In this document: positions 1-10,921 of the stretch, in pieces
Layout: every line of letters starts with the position of its first letter
How positions within the stretch are numbered: the first letter of the stretch is position 1
Assembly (NCBI GenBank): GCA_965112735.1
Contig: OZ218954.1
Location: 3,596,001-3,660,000 of the forward strand
Direction: 5' to 3'
Source: Phaeosaccion multiseriatum
Lineage: Eukaryota; Protista; Ochrophyta, other classes
DNA: 64,000 bases
Notes under the pieces: generated by a model
Seen by the model: only the letters and a program-made list of their open reading frames with translations
What the model was told of the DNA's origin: nothing
Database searches by the model: none
Translations under genes and position numbers: made by a program

Positions 1-126
1 GGCTTCTTCTGCATCGAGGCCATGTCGAGGGAGGTGAAGGCGCTCATGACTCTCTACGGCTTTGAGCTGGGCAAGGAGACGGACGACGAGCCGCGGAGGA
101 AGCGAAGCAGAGGAGTAGATCCTTAA
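1..126 (+). CDS. 3' end (partial) of ankyrin-repeat/BTB-like protein, paralogue of 10922-13937
   Basis: Frame 1 reads GFFCIEAMSREVKALMTLYGFELGKETDDEPRRKRSRGVDP*, nearly identical to the C-terminus of ORF 11829-13937. Confidence 0.85.
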   Translation, partial: GFFCIEAMSREVKALMTLYGFELGKETDDEPRRKRSRGVDP

Positions 127-255
127 GGGCACAGTTGTGGTGGTATTAAATGTATGATGTTTCTCCGTCCACAGTTCAGAGCTTCCCCCGTCTTGTTGGT
201 AGATGTCAATTATTATGTATCACGCCCACGGATCACGTCGTCTTCTTCTTCTTCT

Positions 256-1475
256 TCCTCCTCCTCCTCCTCCTCCTCCTCCTCCTCCTCCTCCTCCTCC
301 TCCTCCTCCTCCTCCTCCTCCTCCTCCTCCTCCTCCTCCTCCTCCTCCTCCTCCTCCTCCTCCTCCTCCTCCTCCTCCTCCTCCTCCTCCTCCTCCTCCT
401 CCTCCTCCTCCTCCTCCTCCTCCTCCTCCTCCTCCTCCTCCTCCTCCTCCTCCTCCTCCTCCTCCTCCTCCTCCTCCTCCTCCTCCTCCTCCTCCTCCTC
501 CTCCTCCTCCTCCTCCTCCTCCTCCTCCTCCTCCTCCTCCTCCTCCTCCTCCTCCTCCTCCTCCTCCTCCTCCTCCTCCTCCTCCTCCTCCTCCTCCTCC
601 TCCTCCTCCTCCTCCTCCTCCTCCTCCTCCTCCTCCTCCTCCTCCTCCTCCTCCTCCTCCTCCTCCTCCTCCTCCTCCTCCTCCTCCTCCTCCTCCTCCT
701 CCTCCTCCTCCTCCTCCTCCTCCTCCTCCTCCTCCTCCTCCTCCTCCTCCTCCTCCTCCTCCTCCTCCTCCTCCTCCTCCTCCTCCTCCTCCTCCTCCTC
801 CTCCTCCTCCTCCTCCTCCTCCTCCTCCTCCTCCTCCTCCTCCTCCTCCTCCTCCTCCTCCTCCTCCTCCTCCTCCTCCTCCTCCTCCTCCTCCTCCTCC
901 TCCTCCTCCTCCTCCTCCTCCTCCTCCTCCTCCTCCTCCTCCTCCTCCTCCTCCTCCTCCTCCTCCTCCTCCTCCTCCTCCTCCTCCTCCTCCTCCTCCT
1001 CCTCCTCCTCCTCCTCCTCCTCCTCCTCCTCCTCCTCCTCCTCCTCCTCCTCCTCCTCCTCCTCCTCCTCCTCCTCCTCCTCCTCCTCCTCCTCCTCCTC
1101 CTCCTCCTCCTCCTCCTCCTCCTCCTCCTCCTCCTCCTCCTCCTCCTCCTCCTCCTCCTCCTCCTCCTCCTCCTCCTCCTCCTCCTCCTCCTCCTCCTCC
1201 TCCTCCTCCTCCTCCTCCTCCTCCTCCTCCTCCTCCTCCTCCTCCTCCTCCTCCTCCTCCTCCTCCTCCTCCTCCTCCTCCTCCTCCTCCTCCTCCTCCT
1301 CCTCCTCCTCCTCCTCCTCCTCCTCCTCCTCCTCCTCCTCCTCCTCCTCCTCCTCCTCCTCCTCCTCCTCCTCCTCCTCCTCCTCCTCCTCCTCCTCCTC
1401 CTCCTCCTCCTCCTCCTCCTCCTCCTCCTCCTCCTCCTCCTCCTCCTCCTCCTCCTCCTCCTCCTCCTCCTCCTC
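256..1475. repeat. Perfect (TCC)n microsatellite, ~1.2 kb
   Basis: Uninterrupted TCC units preceded by a short (TCT)n run. Confidence 0.98.
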
Positions 1476-2055
1476 GCTGACTTCGCTACTGCCGGTACGC
1501 ATTCTTACGCACCAGCCACAAGAAGGGAGGATTTAAGAAGGAGTCCTCTCGCTCTCTCAAGAGAGAATAGACAGCGCGGGCTGAGCAACAACCAGCCAAA
1601 TCGATAGATACTAGTACCTAAGGTGAAGGACACTTCAGCTGCTCTCGCCCAGCCGCGTTATACACATCCATCAAGCCGCGAAGGAGGCACACCCAGCCAA
1701 GAGAGGGCAAAATAGGGGGAACAAGAGCAGCCAGGGACGGGGGGTGTCTGCACGGCTGGGAGGGTGAGTGAGACTTCCTTACACCATAGCCAAATCATGA
1801 TCCACGGATCACATCATGCATCAGCCAGCCACATCCATGACTTTTCGTGATTTCGCGACGCTGGTACCTAGCTAGTGCTCGGCGGAGCAGTGGCACCCCG
1901 CCCCCAGTGACAAAACGTCATAAGCGTCACGTTCTTGGTTGGTCGTCGCCAGCTGGCTCTGATTCCCACCTCCCACACGTACAGTGGTAGAGCTGACCCT
2001 CCCAGCCATTGCTTGAGGGAAGGCACGGAGAGCCCCCAAGCTGAGCGCACAACGT

Positions 2056-2165
2056 CAAGAGGGGTGATATTACAACGAGAACTATTGATTATAGAAAGCA
2101 ATAAGAGGGGTGATATTACAACGAGAACTATTGATTATAGAGAGAGATATGATTATAGAAAGCAA
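2056..2165. repeat. Short AT-rich tandem duplication (~46-bp unit)
   Basis: aagaggggtgatattacaacgagaactattgattatag occurs twice in tandem, followed by a partial third gattatagaaagcaa. Confidence 0.8.
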
Positions 2166-3009
2166 GTACGCTTTCTCCCCACCACCCAGAGACCCAGGAA
2201 GCTTCCTTGTGGGAAGGAAGCTTTCCAATTGGTCTTTACGGCCGGGTTCAGGTCTGAGCTCACACACGAGCCCAAATTCTCCTACACATCTATCTAGTTA
2301 CCCAATACATTACGTAGTAGTGAGCCAGTCCCACCACCACCGCAGATCCCCCCTTCTTGCCGAGACACTCCGTATGGAGGTAAGCCCGAGACACTCCGTG
2401 AGGAGGTAACCCGAAGGCTCACCACCCTGCCCTAGACTTCTAACTGTACGAAAGGAAAAACACACCCAACCCAAGAATGGTCGAAATGAAATCAGAAACC
2501 CACCCTCCCACCCTGAACAACACAACCAAAGAAACAAGTACAACCCTTCCCCCAGGTGAGGCTACCCCATCGCAGCAGGAACTACCCCCGTAGAACCCCA
2601 TACGCCTGCTCATCCTCACCCCCCCAGTACAGTACTACTAACTACGAGCCCCCGATAGTATGACTGTAGCTACGGTCACCGCAGAGACCACCCCCGGGGG
2701 TCTCGACTTATGTTGCAGTGCTGGCACCTGGCCTCCGCCGCAACAAAATCCACAAAAGTGTAGCTATACGCCCAAAATAGTGTAGCATGGCTGAGGCTGA
2801 CACCGCGGAGACTCCAAGTGGACCCCTAGCTACTGTTCACCGACACCCACCGCCACAAGATGAAGTGCCACCAGCCATGCATGTCACGGCCGGTCGGGTT
2901 CTACAACTTGCCGTAGCACGCCAAGGCTCCAGCTCCACTCCTTCTTCTCACTTCCCATTCATGCAGCCAAGTCAACAGAACAAGAGGCGAGCTTCGTGCC
3001 TGCTGCGTT

Positions 3010-6000
3010 TTAGCAAGTCGTTCCGGGCGCCGCCGGTCGAATATCGCTTGCTTCCTCTCCTGCAAACCACAGCCCTCCGTACGTCGTGCTGAAGGCATTT
3101 CCAAGAACATCAACATCCGCGGGAACATCCCTCCCAGGGTGTAAGCCACCCAACTCCATTGCAGGAAGACCCAGCTGGGCCAACAACCACCTCACGAAAG
3201 TGTTGCTATTGTTCACGCTGAGCACGAGTGAGTCCACCTGATACAAGGTACGGGGCCAGCGGCTCGTCGTTCCGGCAGTCGGAGCTGCCAGAGTTGCCGC
3301 GGCTGTATTTAAATCGTTGCCTTCGGCTCCAACTGCCGTATTGCCGTATCGGGAACACTGCCACCCCTCCTGTGGTTTCTCTGCCCATGGGTACGATACA
3401 CCGATGCGCAGGACTCTTTCCCAGAACTCGTCAGCCTCGGTCGCGCTATCAAACACCTGCACGGGAGAGAGAGAGGGGGGGGCGTAAGTGAGTCTGCGCG
3501 GGCAGCCAATTGTGCTCAATTGAAGGAGGTGGAGATTGCTCAGAGGAGGAGATTCAGAAGGTCTGGAAGGAAGCGGGGCGAGAAGGAGCAGATACAAGGA
3601 GAGAGTGGGGAGCTAGTGCTGGCCCCAGAAGGCAGCAAAAACGGTTTCTCTTCCGTCCCTTTAAGACAGACTGGTGGCCAAACTGGGTCTTGTAGTGTTG
3701 GCTTGTCTGAGGCAAGACTCCCCATACAAAGACCTTAACATAACGCAGACGCAGACGCGGCTTCACACACACACACACACATACACATACACATACACAC
3801 ACAGACGTACTCACCTGGATAGGCCTCACGCTCTCGGCTCTGCTGGACTCGAAGATGAAAGCTACGGTCACGCTCTCCTCCTTCCAGCAGTCAGGAACAA
3901 CAACTGGGAAACCAATAACCCAAGAGAAACAGCGGTTGATAGCCAAGAGTTGAGGGTGTGGGAAAAAGAACACATGAAAAACTAGGGTCCAACTCGGGCC
4001 TCGCAGCGGAGTGCGGAATAGTGATTTCGCCATCGTCTCTCTCGCATGGCTGCGGCCTTTCTCTCGCTCCCTCCCTGGCTGGACCCCTCTCCCACCAGTC
4101 ACCCACCAGTCACCCACCAGTCACCAGCTTTCCCTCTCACCCCTCGCATAGGAAGACTTACAATTCGAATCCAGCTTCCATGTTTGAAAACCAAATTTGC
4201 GACACAGCTCTATCCCCCGATGCGGTTCCATGAGTTTGGCCGTGAAACGCTTGGCGAAATCGGCAATGTCGTACTCTCGCTCCGCCTCTGCGGCAAGGCT
4301 CAACTTTGGGAAGGGCCCTACCCACATATCAAGGGTGTCTGTTGCGTGCATAAGAGGGACAGGTCAAGTCATTTGGAGAGTTCAGCATGTTTCATGGGGT
4401 GAAGCTCCAGTGAGCGTAGCTACGCGCGAAGAGCCCGGAGGGCCTGCTAGATTAGTGAGGTTAGGGAGTTGTTGACTTATGGGAGTCAACCTGGAAACTA
4501 AGCTTACGTAAGTGTTAAGTGTGTGTGTGTATGTGAGTGTGTATGTGCGTGTGTGTGTCTGTGTGTCTGTGTGTGTGTAATTCCTGGGCCAGATGAGTGA
4601 GGTGAGGGAGTTGTTGACAAGTTAGATGAGGAGTGAGTGGAGAGGGAAGGGGGGAAATTGACGAAGAGGCCAAGCGAGGAGGAGTAAGGTGAGAAGAGTG
4701 GGGTAGGTGTTCTTCGCGTGAGTGACCTGCCTGCTGAGCGATGGATCCCGTGAGCAAGCGCATTGCTTAACGTTCTGTCGCCCTCACCACCATCGCCTCC
4801 TACTACTTACAATGGTTGACTGGATCGATAAAGTCGACGAGGCTTCGATCTCCAAGCACCAGCACGTGCTTTTTCTCAACTGACACCGAGTATTCGGGTG
4901 ATTGTGGTCGAGTGCCGTCCCAAGTGAGTGAACCGGTGTACTCGTCGATCGGAGCCCCTCCATGGACTCGTATCTTTCTGCACGCACGCAAAGACGATTG
5001 ATTGGCAGGGAGCATAGGTGGTTGATGGTTGTTAAACTGTGTACCCAGCACTTGCTTTGGATCGTGCTTGTATACTTGGCGTGCTTGCTACAAAGGAGAG
5101 GGGGGAAGATTGCCGCATTCTCAGTATTATCGCAGAGGTGATGCAACAAGCAGGTAGCCAGTGCCCCAAAGGAAGGCCTAAAAAAAAGGAAAAACGAGTA
5201 GAGGCTAGTCATAGAAAGTTCTGAGGGACGGCGAGTTACGGAAGGCTCCGAGGGAGGGCGAGTCACTTCCATCTCCTTGGAAGAGAAGACGAAGCGCATG
5301 ATCAGGCACACACACACATGATTTCGCATACGAGCGTTCCCAAGCTTTACCGAACAATTCGCAAGGAATCATGTCTTCCCTCCCTTCTCCCTTGCCTTCC
5401 TCCCGTCCATTACTCACATCGTCCAGTTTATGGTTTGCCCCATGGTAGGGGCGGAATACAGCTGCACTCCGAAGAAGTACTCTCCGTAAAGAAATGTTTC
5501 GACGAAAGCATCTCTAGTATTCGGAACCGGGTTCTCGACGGTGGTAAGCTTCGCGGGATCGATCACGTAGTTCTCCGGCCCAAATCCAATCCTGTTGTCG
5601 ACGTCAAGAAAGCCTGCTCGACCCTGCTTGCTAACAAACGACACCAGAGTATTGTCAGGCTCGTAGACGAACAAATCAACGTCGGAGTCTCCGTCATCCC
5701 AGGTTAGAGTGATGGCCAAAAGGTCCTCACGATCAGCCAAGTTGCGTATGGTCATTGGGTACACGTTCCGTGCCTCGGCCTCCTCCTGTAACCGACGCTA
5801 CGTACAAGGGGATGGTTCGCGGAAGGACGGTGATGGCCAAAGAGCAAGTGGGTGAGTTTCTCGAGTTTTGGTAGGTGGGTGAGTGAGTAAGTGAGTGGGT
5901 AAGTCAGGGAGGGCGCGAATGAGTCAGTGTATGAGTGAGCGGGGGAGTGAGCAGGTGAGTCTTGAATGGCTTTGAGTGAGCGAGATGGTTAGTACTTCCT

Positions 6001-9000
6001 TTCCATTTGTTAGTGACTGGGAGAGTGAGTGAGATCAAACAGGAGTCAGGGATTAGCGGAAGAGTTGCTGAGCGGGGAAGTGAGGGTTGAGTGAGTGGAG
6101 GCATAGGAAATGAGGCCGTCTCACAAATAAACTGGGAGCACTAGGAACAACTCACCTTCCCGTTTACACCTTCGCCCACCTCCCCATCCTCGGGGGCAGT
6201 AAGAACGAAGCTGAGAAGAAGCTGAGAAGTACCCGACGGAATGTCCGTCAGCGCAAAGCTCCAAGCACCGTCGATAGGAGACACCAGTCCTCGACCTTTG
6301 TTGATCATTTCAGGCGGGAGATGGGACGGCACATATGCATGACGCAAGCAAGGAGAGGGCAGAGTAGAGCACCACAGCAAAGGAGGCGGGAGCGACGAAG
6401 CGAGAAATAGCCGGGCGGGCGTTACGAAGACAAAGGGGGAGCGGGGTACTTGTGGAGGATAAAGAGATCGAAGTGAGGAAGGCTTCCTCGCTCCTTCACT
6501 CGGTCAGTCCGTCACCCAATGACACTCTCACTCTCCCCTAATGCTCCTACTTCACTTAATTCTCCCACTCTTTTCCTTCCACTGAACGTGTTAGGTACTA
6601 CGCACCTCTGGAGATGGAGGAGGCGGTATCGCTGCCGTCAGACGCAATTGAATACACGACCAGCTGGGTGTTTTGGGGGGCGGAGCCGTCTAACCCCGTA
6701 AACACCCCGGTCAGTTGCAAGGAGGGGCTCCCATCGGGCACTTCGATGGTAAAGTCGGTGGAGGTGGTGAGGTCAGTTCCGGCCACGGAGAGCGGACCCG
6801 GTTCACTGAAGCCGAAAGGGGCATCTGGCCGCGCGTGCGTGCGTGCGTGCGTGCATGCAAGAAAGGGGGGGGGGGGCGTTGCGCGTATTGTTGAGTTTCG
6901 TTGGGTATTGTTGGGTGTAGAAGGGAAGTGATGCTGATGCTCAAAAGTTATCCGTACAGGTCAGGGGTCCATGTCAATGGTTAAGCAAGAAGGATTGTGG
7001 AAAACAAGGCAACCATGGAGCATCGGTTTTCGAAGTCAAACTCTTTGGTTAGAGCCGCCTCTGTGGCCATTTTGTCAATCAATCCACTCTCCCTCCTTTT
7101 CGTACCCGCGATGAGAACAGCAAGTAGCGTCCCCGAGAGGCCCAAGTCGAGCACTGCGACCGATCAGGCCCGGATGCATGGCCGCACATGCGCATTAGCA
7201 AAAAGCATCACGACCGATAGCGTACGGTATAACGTTAAGGGGTGGTCCGAGTCATGTGGAGGAGAGAGAGTGCGACAGAAGAGGAGCGGAAGGGGAGGGG
7301 GGAGAGATGAGTCAATTTGTAGTTCGACGTAGTACTTACCATCACCATTCGACACCGGCGTTGTTGGGCTCATCGTAGAAGCTGTCGTACGTGCAGTCGC
7401 GGTCGGACGAAGCGTGGAGGGGGGGGGGAGTGCGATGGCGGGGAAATGAGAAGTCAGGAGAGAAGAAATATGAAATAAGGAAGATTGCGCGAGTGCCAGA
7501 AGAACAAGAAGGAGACGAAGCAAAAAAAAACAGGAAAGGAAGGAAGGAAGGAAGGAAGGAAGGAAGGTGGTGAGCACGGACGATAGGGACGGTACTGATG
7601 TGAGCAAGAGTCACGGCTGCATTCGTAGCTTTCATCAGGAACTTCTCTCTCCCATCCCTTCCCATTCTGGCCACTGCTTCTCCTCTTCTTCCGCAACGTT
7701 CTCATCTAATATACAACCTTACCTGTGGTCGGGGCAGCTGTGGTCGGAGCAGCTGTAGTCGGAGCAGCTGTAGTCGGGGCAGCTGTAGTCGGGGCAGCTG
7801 TAGTCGGAGCAGCTGTAGTCGGTGCAGCTGTGGTGGGAGCAGCTGTGGTCGGTGCAGCTGTGGATGGTGCACGGTACGGATGTGAGCAAGATTCAAGGCT
7901 GCATTCGTAGCCTCCATCGAGACCTTCCCCTTCCCAGTCTGGGACCAGTCTGGGCACTGCTTCTCCTCCTCTTCCGCAACGTTCTCATCTTAAAAACACC
8001 CTCACCTGTGGTCGGGGCAGCTGTGGTCGGAGCAGCGGTGGATGGTGCTGCTGTGGTCGGTGCAGCTGTGGTGGGAGCAGCTGTGGTCGGAGCAGCTGTG
8101 GTCGGTGCAGCTGTGGTCGGTGCAGCTGTGGTCGGTGCAGCTGTGGTTGGAGCAGCTGTGGTCGGTGCAGCTGTGGTCGGTGCAGCTGTGGTGGGAGCAG
8201 CTGTGGTCGGTGCTGCTGTGGTCGGTGCTGCTGTGGTCGGTGCTGCTGTGGTCGGTGCAGCTGTGCTCGGTGCAGCTGTGGTCGGTGCAGATGTGGTCGG
8301 TGCAGCTGTGGTCGGTGCAGCTGTAGTTGGAGCAGCTGTGGTCGGTGCAGCTGTGGTCGGTGCAGCTGTGGTCGGTACAGCTGTGGTCGGTGCAGCTGTG
8401 GTCGGTGCAGCTGTGGTCGGTGCAGCTGTGGTTGGAGCAGCTGTGGTCGGTGCAGCTGTGGATGGTGCAGCTGTAGTCGGAGCAGCTGTGGTCGGAGCAG
8501 TTGTGGTCGGTGCAGCTGTGGATGGTGCAGCTGTGGTTCATGGTATGTTGAGAGAAGAGAATGTGGTGGGGAGGGAAGTGAGGTCAGAAAAGAAGGTAGA
8601 GGGGACAGTGGAGAAGAAACGAATGAAGGAGGGAATGAAGAACACACAGGAACGAAGGAAGGAAGGAAGAAAGGAAGCAAACAAGAACAGGCGTAGGTGT
8701 GGGCTGGGCTGCAGATTCTGTGGAGAGCAAGAAAGGTGGGTGAGCTGGCTAACTATCAAGTCGACAGTGACAGAAGAAGTGAGGCAGGGGGAAAGGAGAG
8801 GACCACTTACATGGTGCAGGGGAAGGTGGATCTCCTCCTGGACAAGCATCAAACGAAGAGAAGCCACAGAAGCGACACTTCAAGCCCACGGTGATGGGGC
8901 TTCCTGTACTGAGCAATGCTCCACAGCCGAGTCGACCCGGGCAAGTGTCGTCAAAGAAACAGGGCTCGCTAGGGTTCGCGACACCGCAGAGCTGGGAGCA

Positions 9001-10480
9001 TTGGTCATCGTACTGCTCGGTGGGTACCGCGGTCACCCCTGGCGCAGTGGGGACGGGGGTTGCCACAGGAGTGGGCCCTTGTCCAGCTAAAGAGGACAAC
9101 ACGAGGGAAAGGAGAATCGGGAATCGCGAACAACCGGCCGACGCATGAGAGTGTTAGCTAAGAGTTGTGCTGTTGGTACAGATTGATACCTATCCTCTAA
9201 ATTCAGACCGAGGAGGCATATGAACTTCAATATGAACGCAGGGCAATGGAAGGGAGAGTGTGTGCACGTGGCCAGCGGAGGAGGGAGGAGGGGGGGGTCC
9301 AACAGCCGAGGAAGGTCAGAGAGGCTCTGAGACTCTGAGAGCGGGAGTAGGCAATGTGGGATTAGATCTGTCAGTGACGGGCCACTTACCCGGCACTGGC
9401 GCTGGAGTTGGATCCCCTCCTGGACAAGCATCAAACGAAGAGAAGCCACAGAAGCGACACTTCAAGCCCACGGTGATGGGGCTTCCTGTACTGAGTAATG
9501 CTCCACAGCCGAGTCGACCCGGGCAAGTGTCGTCAAAGAAACAGGGCTCGCTAGGGTTCGCGACACCGCAGAGCTGGGAGCATTGGTCATCGTACTGCTC
9601 GGTGGGTACCGCGGTCACCCCTGGCGCAGTGGGGACGGGGGTTGCCACAGGAGTTGGCTCTTGTCCAGCTGAAGAGGAAAACGCAAGAGAAAGGTAGTGA
9701 AAGAGGGAATCACGAACAGAGTAGCATACGAATAAATAAACGCAGGTAACGAAGGGGGAAGATCGGGGAAGGAAGGAAGTGGGAAGCAGCACGCACTCTC
9801 TCAGTGACTTACTCGTCGGCCCCGGAGCTGGAGTTGAATCTGGAGTTCCTCCTGGACAAGCACCATACACAGAGAAGCCACAGAAGCGACAATCCTGTCC
9901 CAAACCAGCGGCATTACACCCCAGGCCTAGCACCGCCAGAGAAAGAGGGGGGAGGAGGAGGAGGACGAGGAGTTATTTTCAAGGAAGGCGATCTTTGCCG
10001 GGAGGCGGGTCAGAGGCGAGTGCAATGAAACAAGAATCGATGAAGAGGTATAGATACAAGGGTTGGGAACGTACAGCTGTCTCCCTCTCCACAAGAATCC
10101 ACACAGGCGGTGTCAGCGAAGCACGGTTCTAAGACATTGAGAGCGAAACATGCATCTCTACAGCTCGTCGCGCTCTCTTGTATCTTCCGGTGGCCACCAA
10201 GTTCCAGCACGAGGTTCTTGGGTTGCACCTACGAGAGCATCGAGAGATGGAAGGGCAGGGATGCGTATGAAAGGCTCCTCCAGTCATCCGCCCGGCCCGT
10301 CGCCCTCCAGCCATTCCTTTCCGCCCGCTTCCTTCTTTCTTTTACCTCTTGGCGGGAAAGATTTTCATCTTCCTGGAGGATATGGTGCGAGTGGCTCCTC
10401 CACTTCGCCTGCTGCGTTAGTTGTCCAAGAGCAGTAGACGCAATGAACGACGCCAGTACGAGCCAAGTCAACGCTCCCAT
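3010..10480 (-). CDS. Secreted multi-exon modular protein: signal peptide, CRFCGF Cys-rich repeats, TAAPT mucin-like stalk, YfaP/DUF2135-like domain, C-terminal permuted papain-like (H...NSNTF) domain
   Basis: N-terminus MGALTWLVLASFIASTALG. The GT-AG junctions I checked are phase-compatible (DS|CLGCNAAG, GK|EEAEARNVYPM, WT|IKIRVHGG, PVNH|YTLDMW, LDSN|FVVPDCW, RPIQ|VFDSATE). Motif LTWDDGDSDVDLFVYEPD...LDVDNRIGFGPENY at ~5560-5710; NNSNTFVRWLLAQLG at ~3170-3215. Not every internal exon boundary was verified. Confidence 0.75.
7722..8537 (-). repeat. Coding 15-bp minisatellite (TTAAP repeats) in two exons split by an intron
   Basis: (gcagctgtggtcggt)n at 8005-8537 and 7722-7870; the minus strand reads TTAAP repeats. 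Confidence 0.9.
8810..9670 (-). repeat. Tandem duplicated Cys-rich exon (8810-9088 and 9388-9670)
   Basis: Both encode near-identical PTPVATPVPTAPGVTAVPTEQYDDQCSQLCGVANPSEPCFFDDTCPGRLGCG...KCRFCGFSSFDACPGGDP. Confidence 0.9.
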
Positions 10481-10921
10481 GTTGCTTCATGAAGTGCTGT
10501 TCAAGTTCAAGGCAACGGCCTGGGAGCCTTCTTTTCTTCTTTTCTGTCCTCTAATTTTCGAACCAATCTATTGGCTTGGCGCCAAGTACGCCCTACGCCC
10601 GAGCGGCCTACGGCCGCTGCTAGGCCTAACTAAGCCGGCGGCCATTGGCTGCTAGGCTGACTGCTGTAGGCCTCTAGGCCGTGTACCCCAGCTCCCCCTT
10701 GGGTCAGGCAGGTGACGCTGGCTGGTGCGCTACTGGTGGGGCGTTAGGCTGTGGGGCAGGGGCCGTTGGGCTTTGGTCGCAGAAGAGCAAGGCAAGAGAA
10801 GGGACAAAAAGAGACTTACTTTTCAACATGCATAGCTGCTTCTATCGAGAGGTGTCCTTTCATCCACGGCTCCTGCCTGCCCTCCACCTACTCCACTCCC
10901 CCCCCCCCCCTCCCTTCGACA

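Noticed and set aside
150-1607. Poly-L/S/P/E ORFs of 425-485 aa
   Set aside because: Translations of the (TCC)n tract; no coding evidence.
1950-1970. Minus-strand gggaatcagagc resembling a tRNA-iMet primer-binding site
   Set aside because: Mismatched to TGGTATCAGAGC, not preceded by an LTR-ending CA, and no gag/pol downstream.
3554-3735. Extra exon (VFVWGVLPQ...) for the secreted protein
   Set aside because: No usable donor, and the flanking exons already join in phase 0.
7822-9090. Plus-strand VVGAA-repeat ORF
   Set aside because: Antisense shadow of the TAAPT exon; the splice signals are on the minus strand.
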